Shown piece after piece: positions 1-8,026 of a stretch of 64,000 nt of DNA; within the stretch, counting starts at the first letter, position 1; each line of letters begins with the position of its first letter. A program made the translations under genes and the position numbers. The notes below the pieces were generated by a model. The model was not told the DNA's origin, did not search any database, and saw nothing but the letters and a program-made list of their open reading frames with translations. Where the stretch lies: IMG/VR virus record IMGVR_UViG_3300017917_001123, positions 62,001 through 126,000 of that record; one strand, written 5' to 3'.

Positions 1-433
1 GAGTGATTTAACTAAAGCCGCAAAAATAGCATTCGCAAGTGAATTTGCTTTTTACTTAAAAGCACAGAACTTCCATTGGAACGTCGAAGGTCCATTGTTC
101 CTTCAGTTCCACGATTTATTTGGTAAAATTTACGGCGAAGTTTATGATAGTATCGACGCATTCGCTGAGCAAATTCGTGCCTTAGGTTCTTATGCTCCTG
201 CGGCATTTAGCAAGCTCAGTATGCTAAGTCAAATAGACGATGAAGCAGATGTTTTGCCAGCAGACCAAATGCTTCAAGAACTTCTTGCTGATAATGAAAA
301 AATGATTAAAATCCTAAAAATGGTTTTTGATCTTTCTGAACAACAAGGTACAAACGGTTTTAGTGATTTCATCGCCGGACGCATGGATGCTCATGCTAAA
401 CACGGCTGGATGTTACGTTCTTCACTAAAATGA
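1..433 (+). CDS. dps: Dps/DNA-binding ferritin-like protein (5' end just outside the window)
   Basis: Frame is open from nt 2 (SDLTKAAKIAFASEFAFYLKAQNFHWNVEGP), upstream of the ORF-track start at 95. Dps motifs HWNVxG, FHxxF, D-x3-E (DAFAEQIRALG) and the C-terminal K-x2-WML are present. Confidence 0.9.
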   Translation, partial: SDLTKAAKIAFASEFAFYLKAQNFHWNVEGPLFLQFHDLFGKIYGEVYDSIDAFAEQIRALGSYAPAAFSKLSMLSQIDDEADVLPADQMLQELLADNEKMIKILKMVFDLSEQQGTNGFSDFIAGRMDAHAKHGWMLRSSLK

Positions 434-624
434 AAATCAACCAACTACTAGAAAATTTCGCCGATGGTAAAAAGCCAGGCCGCAAAGGCTTGGCAAAACG
501 TTCTGGAGTAAACTGTAAAGCATCAGTTTCAACTCTACGCAAGGTAGCTAAAAATAGCTCAGGCGAAAAACAACGTATGGCACACTGGTGTGCTAATATG
601 AAATCTGGTAAATCTAAAAAATAA
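430..624 (+). CDS. small basic protein, possibly an internal head protein
   Basis: ATGA overlap with dps; Lys/Arg-rich; N-terminal MKINQLLE resembles a prohead-protease-cleaved leader (L-x-E). Confidence 0.6.
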   Translation: MKINQLLENFADGKKPGRKGLAKRSGVNCKASVSTLRKVAKNSSGEKQRMAHWCANMKSGKSKK

Positions 625-731
625 GTGCGACCCCAATTTGCCCTGACGAATGCCAATTCGTTGATGCCGTACGAAGAAAAGTGGAAAATTCGTACATCTA
701 GGATCCTCGGAAGCCACTTTAACAGTCGCAC
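625..731 (+). ncRNA. candidate structured RNA with pseudoknot
   Basis: Pairings: 625-631/725-731, 645-651/656-662, 669-675/689-695, and a loop-tail pseudoknot 678-684/714-720. The G645-U662 pair favours the + strand. Confidence 0.5.
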
Positions 732-751
732 AAAATATTTAACATCAAGAC

Positions 752-781
752 TTGACTTTTATCTTAGCAGTAAAGTATAAT
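752..781 (+). promoter_or_regulatory. sigma70-type early promoter
   Basis: TTGACT-18 nt-TATAAT, followed by SD AGGAG and ATG 806. Confidence 0.75.
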
Positions 782-805
782 TAAACACATAGGAGAACAA
801 CACAC

Positions 806-1108
806 ATGAGCAAAATTTTTGGCGCACCAGAACAAGCAAAAATTAAACAACTAATTTCAGAAGGCGTTACTGTACTTCAAGAGATCGAGGATCTTAATGA
901 AGGTCTCAACGATACTATTAAAGCAGTCGCAGAAGAGCTAGAAGTAAAACCGAGCATTATTAAAAAAGCAATTAAAATCGCACAAAAGGGCGACTGGGAA
1001 CGTGTATTCAATGAGTTCGATGATCTAGAAACTATTGTCGACATCAGCGGTCATGCTATTCGTCAAGACGACTACGATGCCCAAAACCCAAACCGTAGCG
1101 AGGACTAA
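806..1108 (+). CDS. dsDNA-binding protein, T4 DsbA/GapR-like
   Basis: Helical 100-aa protein with the pattern LISEG..LQEIEDLNEGLNDTIKAVAEELEVKPSIIKKAIK typical of phage DsbA-like proteins; good SD. Confidence 0.6.
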   Translation: MSKIFGAPEQAKIKQLISEGVTVLQEIEDLNEGLNDTIKAVAEELEVKPSIIKKAIKIAQKGDWERVFNEFDDLETIVDISGHAIRQDDYDAQNPNRSED

Positions 1109-1407
1109 TGGATCATATTAGTAATGTCATTGTTGACATTTATAAGTGGGCGGAGAGGGACTATCGCGAATGGCCTTTTAGGTTTGTTATCGAAGTCCTT
1201 GCCTGGGCTATTAGCATTGGCTGTAGTATTACTATGGCCTTTACTGTGCCTACTCCTCCTCTACTTATTCTATATCCCATCTGGATCTTAGGATGTGCGA
1301 TGTACGGTTGGGCCGCGTGGACTCGCGGTAGTTTTGGAATGGTAGCTAACTATATTCTGCTAACCACAATAGATACTATTGGGTTAGTGAACATGTTAGT
1401 TAAATAA
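1108..1407 (+). CDS. small 3-TM membrane protein
   Basis: TAATG overlap; three hydrophobic helices. Confidence 0.7.
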   Translation: MDHISNVIVDIYKWAERDYREWPFRFVIEVLAWAISIGCSITMAFTVPTPPLLILYPIWILGCAMYGWAAWTRGSFGMVANYILLTTIDTIGLVNMLVK

Positions 1408-1415
1408 TAACGAGA

Positions 1416-1474
1416 AAGGTTTAGCGAGCCATAAGTCGCTGTTTAGAAGGTTAGCCGGCCATAAGCGGTAGGAG
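1416..1474 (+). promoter_or_regulatory. tandem hairpin translational operator upstream of DNA polymerase
   Basis: Two ~30-nt repeats AAGGTT(T)AGC-NN-GCCATAAG-NN-G: hairpins 1423-1440 and 1454-1469 with an identical 8-nt loop, abutting SD AGGAG at 1470-1474. Confidence 0.7.
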
Positions 1475-1479
1475 AAAAA

Positions 1480-4149
1480 ATGAGTTACATCGATGCCATC
1501 TGGGATCGTGACAACGACGTTGTACGTGTCGCTGAACGTGATCCTAAAAAGGGTAGAATCTTCGTAGATTATCCAGCCCGTTATCAATTTTATTACCCCG
1601 ACAATAAAGGAAAGTACAAATCCATTTACGGGGAAAGTCTATCAAAAGTCACTTGTAAAACATTCAAAGACTTTATCAAAGAACAAAAAATCCACTCAAG
1701 TCACAAGCTATACGAAAGCGACATTAACGCTGTGTTTCGTGTGCTTGAAGAAAACTATCTAGGAAAAGATGCTCCGAAACTAAATGTAGCATTTTTCGAT
1801 ATTGAGGTGGACTTCGATCCAGAACGCGGTTACGCATCTCCAGACGATGCGTTCATGCCAATTACTGCGATTGCTGTTCACCTACAATGGTTAGATACAC
1901 TGGTCTGTCTTGCTATTCCTCCAAAGACACTTACAATGGAGCAGGCACAAGAGTTAGTTAAAGATTTTCCTAACACACATCTCTTTGAAAGCGAAGCAGA
2001 GATGCTCGACACTTTCTTAAAGCTAATCGAAGACGCAGATATTCTTAGCGGTTGGAACTCGGAAGGTTTCGATATTCCGTACACCGTTAACCGGGTTACT
2101 AAAGCCTTAAGCAAAGAAGACACACGCAGATTCTGTTTGTTTAATCAATTTCCAAAGAAACGTGAGTACGAAAAATATGGGAAACAAGCTGTTACCTATG
2201 ATCTTGTTGGTCGTGTTCATTTGGACAGTCTCGAGCTGTACCGCAAATACACATACGAAGAACGACACACATATCGACTGGATGCTATTGGAGAGATGGA
2301 AGTAGGCGAAACTAAAACAGTCTACGAAGGCACACTTGACCAACTATACAACAATGACTTTAAAAAGTTTATTGAATATAACAGACAAGACTGTGCGCTA
2401 CTCGATAAACTAGATAAGAAACTAAAATTCATTGACCTAGCAAACGCTATTGCTCATGAAAACACAGTTCTGCTACAAACTACAATGGGTGCTGTAGCAG
2501 TTACTGAACAGGCTATTATCAACGAGGCACATCACCGTGGTATGATTGTTCCAAGTCGTACACGCAAAGACGAGCTTGGCGATACACAGGCCGCAGGTGC
2601 TTATGTTGCTTATCCAAAGAAAGGTCTTCATGACTGGATTGGATCTGTTGATATTAACTCTCTTTATCCGTCTGCGATTCGTGCCTTAAACATGGGACCA
2701 GAGACTATTGTTGGGCAGTTACGTCAAGATTACACCCAAGCAGAAATCGAAGCAAAAATGGCAAAAGGTAATTCTTTTGCGGCGGCTTGGGAAGGCAAAT
2801 TCGGTTCAAACGAATATGAGTTTGTTATGTCGCAAGACAAAGCCAACGACATTGTTGTCGAATGGGAAACTGGCGAAGAAGACATCTTGTCCGGTGCTCA
2901 GATCTATGACTTAATCTTTAATAGTAATCAACCATGGATGCTTTCAGCCAATGGTACAATCTTTACTTACGAAACAGAAGGTATTATTCCAGGCTTGCTC
3001 AAGCGTTGGTATGCTGAACGTAAGGACATGCAGAAAAAACTCAAAGAAGCAATTGACGCAGGTAATAAGATTGAAGAGGAATACTGGGACAAACGTCAGT
3101 TAGTTAAGAAGATTAACTTGAACAGTTTGTACGGTGCTATTCTTAACGCTGGTTGTAGATTCTTCGATAAAAGAATTGGGCAGTCTACTACGCTAGTAGG
3201 TCGTCAAATCTCCAAACACATGGCAAGTAAAATCAACGAAATTATTACAGGCGAATATGATTATCGTGGACGCTCTGTAATTTATGGAGATACTGACTCG
3301 TGTTACTTCTCTGCTTACAGTACACTAAAGAACGATATTGACAAAGGACGTTTGCCTTGGGATAAAGACGTTGCCATCCAACTGTACAACCAGATTGCTG
3401 ATGAAGTAAACGGCACATTCCCACAGTTTATGTTGGATGCGTTCCACTGTCCAAAGAGTCGCGGTGAAGTTATCAAAGCAGGTCGCGAAATTGTTGCGTC
3501 TAAAGGTTTGTTTATTACTAAGAAACGTTATGCTGTTCTTTATTACGATAAAGACGGAAAACGCTACGACACAGATGATAAGCCAGGCAAGATCAAGGCT
3601 ATGGGTCTAGACCTTAAGCGTTCAGATACTCCAGAATTTATGCAGAAGTTCTTGGAAGAAATCTTAACACGAGTCCTAAACGGCGCAGAAGAGCAAGAAG
3701 TGTTAGATCGTATTAGCGAATTCCGCACAGAGTTTAAAGCTCGCCCAGGCTGGGAAAAGGGTTCGCCTAAACGTGCTAACAACATTACAGAGTATGCGGC
3801 TAAGGAAAAGAAACAGGGCAAGGCTAATATGCCAGGTCACGTTCGAGCAAGCCTTAATTGGAATACTCTAAAACAACTTAACGGAGACAAATACTCAATG
3901 GGTATTGTTGACGGTATGAAAGTAATTGTTTGTAAGTTAAAAGATAATCCACTAGGTTATACCTCAGTCGCTTATCCGGTAGACGAACTAAGATTGCCTA
4001 AATGGTTCCAGGAATTACCTTTTGATCATGGCGAGATGGAAGCTACAATCATTAATAATAAACTGGAAAACCTAATCGGTGTGTTGGAATGGGACTTAGA
4101 CTCTACAACACAAAATAATACCTTTGGTAATTTGTTCACATTTGAATAA
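1480..4149 (+). CDS. gp43: family B DNA polymerase (T4 gp43-like)
   Basis: Exonuclease motifs FDIEV, GWNSEGFDIPY, YNRQD; polymerase motifs DINSLYPS, KKINLNSLYG, YGDTDS, KKRY. Confidence 0.97.
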   Translation: MSYIDAIWDRDNDVVRVAERDPKKGRIFVDYPARYQFYYPDNKGKYKSIYGESLSKVTCKTFKDFIKEQKIHSSHKLYESDINAVFRVLEENYLGKDAPKLNVAFFDIEVDFDPERGYASPDDAFMPITAIAVHLQWLDTLVCLAIPPKTLTMEQAQELVKDFPNTHLFESEAEMLDTFLKLIEDADILSGWNSEGFDIPYTVNRVTKALSKEDTRRFCLFNQFPKKREYEKYGKQAVTYDLVGRVHLDSLELYRKYTYEERHTYRLDAIGEMEVGETKTVYEGTLDQLYNNDFKKFIEYNRQDCALLDKLDKKLKFIDLANAIAHENTVLLQTTMGAVAVTEQAIINEAHHRGMIVPSRTRKDELGDTQAAGAYVAYPKKGLHDWIGSVDINSLYPSAIRALNMGPETIVGQLRQDYTQAEIEAKMAKGNSFAAAWEGKFGSNEYEFVMSQDKANDIVVEWETGEEDILSGAQIYDLIFNSNQPWMLSANGTIFTYETEGIIPGLLKRWYAERKDMQKKLKEAIDAGNKIEEEYWDKRQLVKKINLNSLYGAILNAGCRFFDKRIGQSTTLVGRQISKHMASKINEIITGEYDYRGRSVIYGDTDSCYFSAYSTLKNDIDKGRLPWDKDVAIQLYNQIADEVNGTFPQFMLDAFHCPKSRGEVIKAGREIVASKGLFITKKRYAVLYYDKDGKRYDTDDKPGKIKAMGLDLKRSDTPEFMQKFLEEILTRVLNGAEEQEVLDRISEFRTEFKARPGWEKGSPKRANNITEYAAKEKKQGKANMPGHVRASLNWNTLKQLNGDKYSMGIVDGMKVIVCKLKDNPLGYTSVAYPVDELRLPKWFQELPFDHGEMEATIINNKLENLIGVLEWDLDSTTQNNTFGNLFTFE

Positions 4150-4154
4150 TTTTG

Positions 4155-4183
4155 TTGACATTGACCAATTTTCTAAATATAAT
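4155..4183 (+). promoter_or_regulatory. consensus sigma70 promoter with overlapping TAAATA late box
   Basis: TTGACA(4155-60)-17 nt-TATAAT(4178-83); TAAATA at 4174-79; SD AGGAG downstream. Confidence 0.8.
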
Positions 4184-4207
4184 GTAACATACAGGAGAAT
4201 AATAAAA

Positions 4208-4942
4208 ATGAAAGACATCCTTCAAGATATCGTAAGTCATACACATAATCTAGGCTTCCTTAACATTGTTAAGATCACAGGCGCAGAAGACAAAACAGTT
4301 ATTGACTCAATGGCAGACGACCGCTCTGTAATTCTACAAGCAGAAACTGCTAATCCGTATCCAGACATGATTGGCGTGTTTGGTATGCCACAACTTAACA
4401 AACTAAAGATTCATCTAGATTGTCCCGAATATAAAGAGGACGCAAAGATCGATGTTGTTAAAGCAGATCGAAACGGTGTTACTCTTCCGGTAGGCCTTCA
4501 CTTTGAAAATAAGAAAGGCGACTTCAAGAACGACTATCGCTTTATGAACACAGAAATTATCAACGAAAAGTTGAAGACTGTTAAGTTCAAAGGTGTCAAT
4601 TGGGATGTTGAGATTGTTCCTAGCGTTGCCGCAGTTCAGCGTTTTAACTTCCAAGCAAGTGCTAACTCCGAACATACTACATTTATTGCCAAGACCGACG
4701 GCGATAAGCTAAAGTTCTATTTTGGTGACGCAAGTACACACGCAGGTGAGTTTGTTTTTGCTGAAGGCATTACAGGTAAGATTACAACTAACCTAGCATG
4801 GCCTGTTTCACAAGTTCTAGCAATTCTAAAGATTGCTGATGTAAACAATACTAAGATGAGCTTTAGTAACGCAGGTGCTCTTCAAATTGAGTTAGACAGT
4901 GGTCTAGCAAAATACAAGTACATTGTTCCAGCACAAGCATGA
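4208..4942 (+). CDS. putative sliding clamp (gp45-like)
   Basis: 244 aa from ATG 4208 (SD AGGAG), with a two-repeat alpha/beta pattern and clamp-like size, immediately after the polymerase (which ends in a clamp-binding-like NLFTFE). The ORF-track start at 4124 runs through the promoter. Confidence 0.6.
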   Translation: MKDILQDIVSHTHNLGFLNIVKITGAEDKTVIDSMADDRSVILQAETANPYPDMIGVFGMPQLNKLKIHLDCPEYKEDAKIDVVKADRNGVTLPVGLHFENKKGDFKNDYRFMNTEIINEKLKTVKFKGVNWDVEIVPSVAAVQRFNFQASANSEHTTFIAKTDGDKLKFYFGDASTHAGEFVFAEGITGKITTNLAWPVSQVLAILKIADVNNTKMSFSNAGALQIELDSGLAKYKYIVPAQA

Positions 4943-5319
4943 TAAAAGGCATTACACAATCAGGCAGATATACTGTGGTTAGTGGCGGTACTGCCTCTAA
5001 CCCGTATATTAGCCCAGGAGCAACTGGAGCAGGAATGGTTCGTTGGAATCCCAACATGAGCCAATTAGAAGTAAACGACGGCAATAATTGGCAGTCAATT
5101 GCAATGAGCTTTGCTAGCGTTGGATTAACTTCAGAAGCAGAGAGCATTTTAGATTGGGCAAGAAATAAAATGCGTGAAGAATTTGAAATGAAGGCTCTTG
5201 CCGAACAACATCCTGCTGTCAAGATTGCTCTAGAAAACCTAAATAAAGCACAAGAACAACTTAAGGCAACAGTAATATTAAGCAAGGATTATCAATCGAA
5301 TGAAGAAACCACCACTTAA
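4939..5319 (+). CDS. hypothetical protein
   Basis: ATGA coupling; 126-aa ORF. Confidence 0.7.
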   Translation: MIKGITQSGRYTVVSGGTASNPYISPGATGAGMVRWNPNMSQLEVNDGNNWQSIAMSFASVGLTSEAESILDWARNKMREEFEMKALAEQHPAVKIALENLNKAQEQLKATVILSKDYQSNEETTT

Positions 5320-6919
5320 CTTAACACCTCTACAGAAAGACTATGCTGTCTATTTGCCGGCTATTAGTTCTTTCTACGAGAACTATATCTCTAAGCAAAG
5401 ACTTGGGGAGTTTATTTCTACTGATCGTATCCCTAAAGGATTTGATCGCGGTATCGAAGGCATGAACTTCTTAAACGAAGAACAAGGATATTTTACATAT
5501 CGTTATGCTTTGTATTCCGCAGGTCACGCACAACTGGATCTGGAAAAAGCAATAGATCAAGAGTCTATGATTCAACAACGACAAAGAAATAGTACAGTTA
5601 TTGTCGGCGACTCCGGTGGATACCAGATTGGTAAAGGTGTTCTTAAGTTTGATTGGCTAAACTTTGAAGGTGCCGAAGCTAATAAGACTCGTCAAAAGAT
5701 TCTCGAGTGGTTGGAAATGACTGCTGATTGGTCAATGATGCTAGACGTTCCAACTTGGGCCTGTGACCACATTCATAGTCCAAAGACTGGATTAAAAACA
5801 TTTGAAGACTGTCTAGACAAGACACGTTTCAATAACGATTACTTCCTTAAGAATCGTTTAGGCCAAACAAAGTGGCTTAACGTTCTACAGGGTAGTGACT
5901 GGGATACTGCTGAAAAGTGGTATCAAGGCGTAAAAGAATTCAGCGACCCGAATGGTCCATACAAAGGCCGCGAAGCCGAAGGGTGGGCGTTTGGTGGCGC
6001 TAACATGTGTAAAATGGATATTACTCTAAAGCGATTAATGACGCTTAGAGAAGATGGTTTGCTGAAAGGCAAAAACTGGATCCACTTCCTGGGTACAGCA
6101 CAGTTAGATTGGTCATGCTATCTAACACTTATTCAACGTCAAATTAGGAAGCACATTAATGAAGAAATTACCATCTCTTTTGATTGCGCCTCACCGTTTA
6201 TCGCAACAGCGCACGGACTCGTCTACACAAATGCCCAACACACCAACAAACGTTGGTCGGTTATTATGGACAAAGCACCAGATAACAAAGCACTTGCAGG
6301 AGCAGATATCCCGTTCCCATTCGAGTCAGAGTTCGGTCGCAGACTAACAATGGGCGATATTGCCTATTACGATCTAGGTGTTAGAAAGTCTGATGCTGAA
6401 TTAAATGGTGCTAAGTTTGATCACTTGAATCCAGATCACTATCATGTTGTTCCTAAAATTAACAAGCTAGGTAAGATTCCCAATAAAACAAGTTGGGATA
6501 GTTTTAGCTATGCTTTAATGATGGGTCATAACGTTGAATGCCATATTGTTGCTGTACAACGTGCCCAACAATTAATGGATATCGAATGTGCTAGATTTAA
6601 ACCAGACTGGCGTCATTGGGGTATCGAAGGTAAGAAAGAAAAAGAATTTAGCGACTGGGTTCCACGCAGAATTCTATACTTTGCTACATTTGTTGAAGAG
6701 TTATTCAATACCAAAACAAAAGCAGAAGCATTTGACTTAATTGAATCTGCTTTACCACTTCTTCGTAGTTTAGAAGGTGCTCGACTACAAGGTGGTCCTG
6801 CTCAAAATACATTTGGTAGTTTGTTTGAGGTCGAAGAAGTTCGTCAAGAAGAAATTGATTTCGCAAGTCCAGATGATGACGAACTAAGAGCACTCGAAGA
6901 AGAACTAAAAGATCAGTAA
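5300..6919 (+). CDS. dpdA: TGT-family 7-deazaguanine DNA transglycosylase (DpdA-type)
   Basis: TGT barrel motifs in order: GDSGGYQ (catalytic Asp), MLDVP, NVLQG, WAFGG, WIHFLG, SFDCASP (nucleophile Asp), terminal GHN. Clustered with folE, queE and a queD paralogue. Confidence 0.85.
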   Translation: MKKPPLNLTPLQKDYAVYLPAISSFYENYISKQRLGEFISTDRIPKGFDRGIEGMNFLNEEQGYFTYRYALYSAGHAQLDLEKAIDQESMIQQRQRNSTVIVGDSGGYQIGKGVLKFDWLNFEGAEANKTRQKILEWLEMTADWSMMLDVPTWACDHIHSPKTGLKTFEDCLDKTRFNNDYFLKNRLGQTKWLNVLQGSDWDTAEKWYQGVKEFSDPNGPYKGREAEGWAFGGANMCKMDITLKRLMTLREDGLLKGKNWIHFLGTAQLDWSCYLTLIQRQIRKHINEEITISFDCASPFIATAHGLVYTNAQHTNKRWSVIMDKAPDNKALAGADIPFPFESEFGRRLTMGDIAYYDLGVRKSDAELNGAKFDHLNPDHYHVVPKINKLGKIPNKTSWDSFSYALMMGHNVECHIVAVQRAQQLMDIECARFKPDWRHWGIEGKKEKEFSDWVPRRILYFATFVEELFNTKTKAEAFDLIESALPLLRSLEGARLQGGPAQNTFGSLFEVEEVRQEEIDFASPDDDELRALEEELKDQ

Positions 6920-7497
6920 TGAACTTTATAGCAGAATACCAATTGAGCGACACAACTGTTTGTGACGCTCTTTTGGAACTTTTTAAACAAGCACATCAAC
7001 AAGGTTTTACCAAACCTGGTATAGTTGGGTTTGGAACAAAAGAAACTCCAGAAGTAAAGCGTAGCACAGATCTTTACTTGCCAGACGCTGACAGTTTGGG
7101 CTCTCCTGCTAATTTTCGTTTTCCGGAATATAACAACGATTTAACCAAATTCATTGACAATTATTGTATAGAGCGTAAAATATATAACTACTGCGGAAAA
7201 TTTGAAATGCGCTATGCGCCACAAATACAATGGTACAAACCAGAGGAAGGTTTTTATCAGTGGCATATAGATGGAGGTCAAGAACTTTGCGAAAGAGCTT
7301 TAGTTTTTTTAACTTATCTGAATGATGTTGAAGACGGTGGAACTGAATTCTTAAATCAAAACTTAACTGTTAAAGCAGTTAAGGGTAAGACAATTATTTT
7401 TCCAACTGGACTTACACATATACATCGCGGACAAGTTTCAAAAACTCAAGACAAATATATTTTAACTGGCTGGCTTTATTGGGATAACACAAAGTAA
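6919..7497 (+). CDS. 2OG-Fe(II) oxygenase (prolyl-4-hydroxylase-like)
   Basis: WHID...YLNDVEDGGTEF...HIHRG...KYILTGW (HxD...H facial triad, 2OG-binding Lys); TAATG-coupled to dpdA. Confidence 0.9.
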   Translation: MNFIAEYQLSDTTVCDALLELFKQAHQQGFTKPGIVGFGTKETPEVKRSTDLYLPDADSLGSPANFRFPEYNNDLTKFIDNYCIERKIYNYCGKFEMRYAPQIQWYKPEEGFYQWHIDGGQELCERALVFLTYLNDVEDGGTEFLNQNLTVKAVKGKTIIFPTGLTHIHRGQVSKTQDKYILTGWLYWDNTK

Positions 7498-7498
7498 T

Positions 7499-8026
7499 AT
7501 GAAAAGAGATTATACTATTGGCACCGCAGAAGACATTACGTTTTTTACCGGAGTAGAAGTCGAAAAAACTCCTGCTTTTGGTAAACGTACTTTGTTTGTT
7601 GTAGGTCTACAGGACCCGCATATTATCATTCATCTTGCCAAAGATAATAATTGCGACCATATCTATTTTGGTGCTAACCAAAGTTTTCCTAAACTCGAAG
7701 TAAATGATGCCAGCAATTGGCGAGAATGGGAAGATATGATTGTCGATTGTATCGAAGCAGGCTTCTTGTGTACGCTAGATCTTGATGTTTCACAAGTAGA
7801 GGGCCTGGTAGAAGGGCGTCTGGTAGAATACCGAAACTTTATTCCGCAAATTTCGGTGAAAGTGCCCTATTTACAACAGCTAGGATATAATGCTACAATT
7901 AAGCTAGACGACATTGATTTTAACGCAACTAATCATGGCGTTTGGTGTCATATGCTTCACGATCTAACTAAGCGTAAAAACTTTACAAGCTGGAATGAAT
8001 ACGGTAAGGATGAAATTATCAAATGA
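7499..8026 (+). CDS. hypothetical protein in the deazaguanine cluster
   Basis: 175-aa alpha/beta ORF (TLFVVG, HIYFGAN, CTLDLD, TIKLDD, GVWCH); ATGA-coupled to the next gene. Confidence 0.75.
   Translation: MKRDYTIGTAEDITFFTGVEVEKTPAFGKRTLFVVGLQDPHIIIHLAKDNNCDHIYFGANQSFPKLEVNDASNWREWEDMIVDCIEAGFLCTLDLDVSQVEGLVEGRLVEYRNFIPQISVKVPYLQQLGYNATIKLDDIDFNATNHGVWCHMLHDLTKRKNFTSWNEYGKDEIIK

Noticed and set aside
643-690. Hammerhead ribozyme (CTGACGA ... GAAA)
   Set aside because: No stem II forms between CUGACGA and either GAAA, and those bases are used in a different hairpin; the element is kept as an unclassified structured RNA.
396-731. Antisense and nested ORF-track entries (e.g. 396-731, 1878-2343, 20074-20478, 21812-22222, 34464-34742, 54249-54820, 63325-63666)
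   Set aside because: Shadow ORFs opposite or inside well-supported genes, with no motifs or RBS.
1416-1469. Mini-CRISPR array
   Set aside because: Only two imperfect units, no spacer-length unique sequence, no cas genes.
1480-4149. Intein or intron in DNA polymerase
   Set aside because: 889 aa with all motifs contiguous and no splicing motifs.
5300-6919. Canonical tRNA-guanine transglycosylase (queuosine auxiliary gene)
   Set aside because: Lacks the CxCxxC zinc site and tRNA-TGT length/motifs; no queA/queG/queF or tRNAs in the window; position next to DNA polymerase fits DpdA better.
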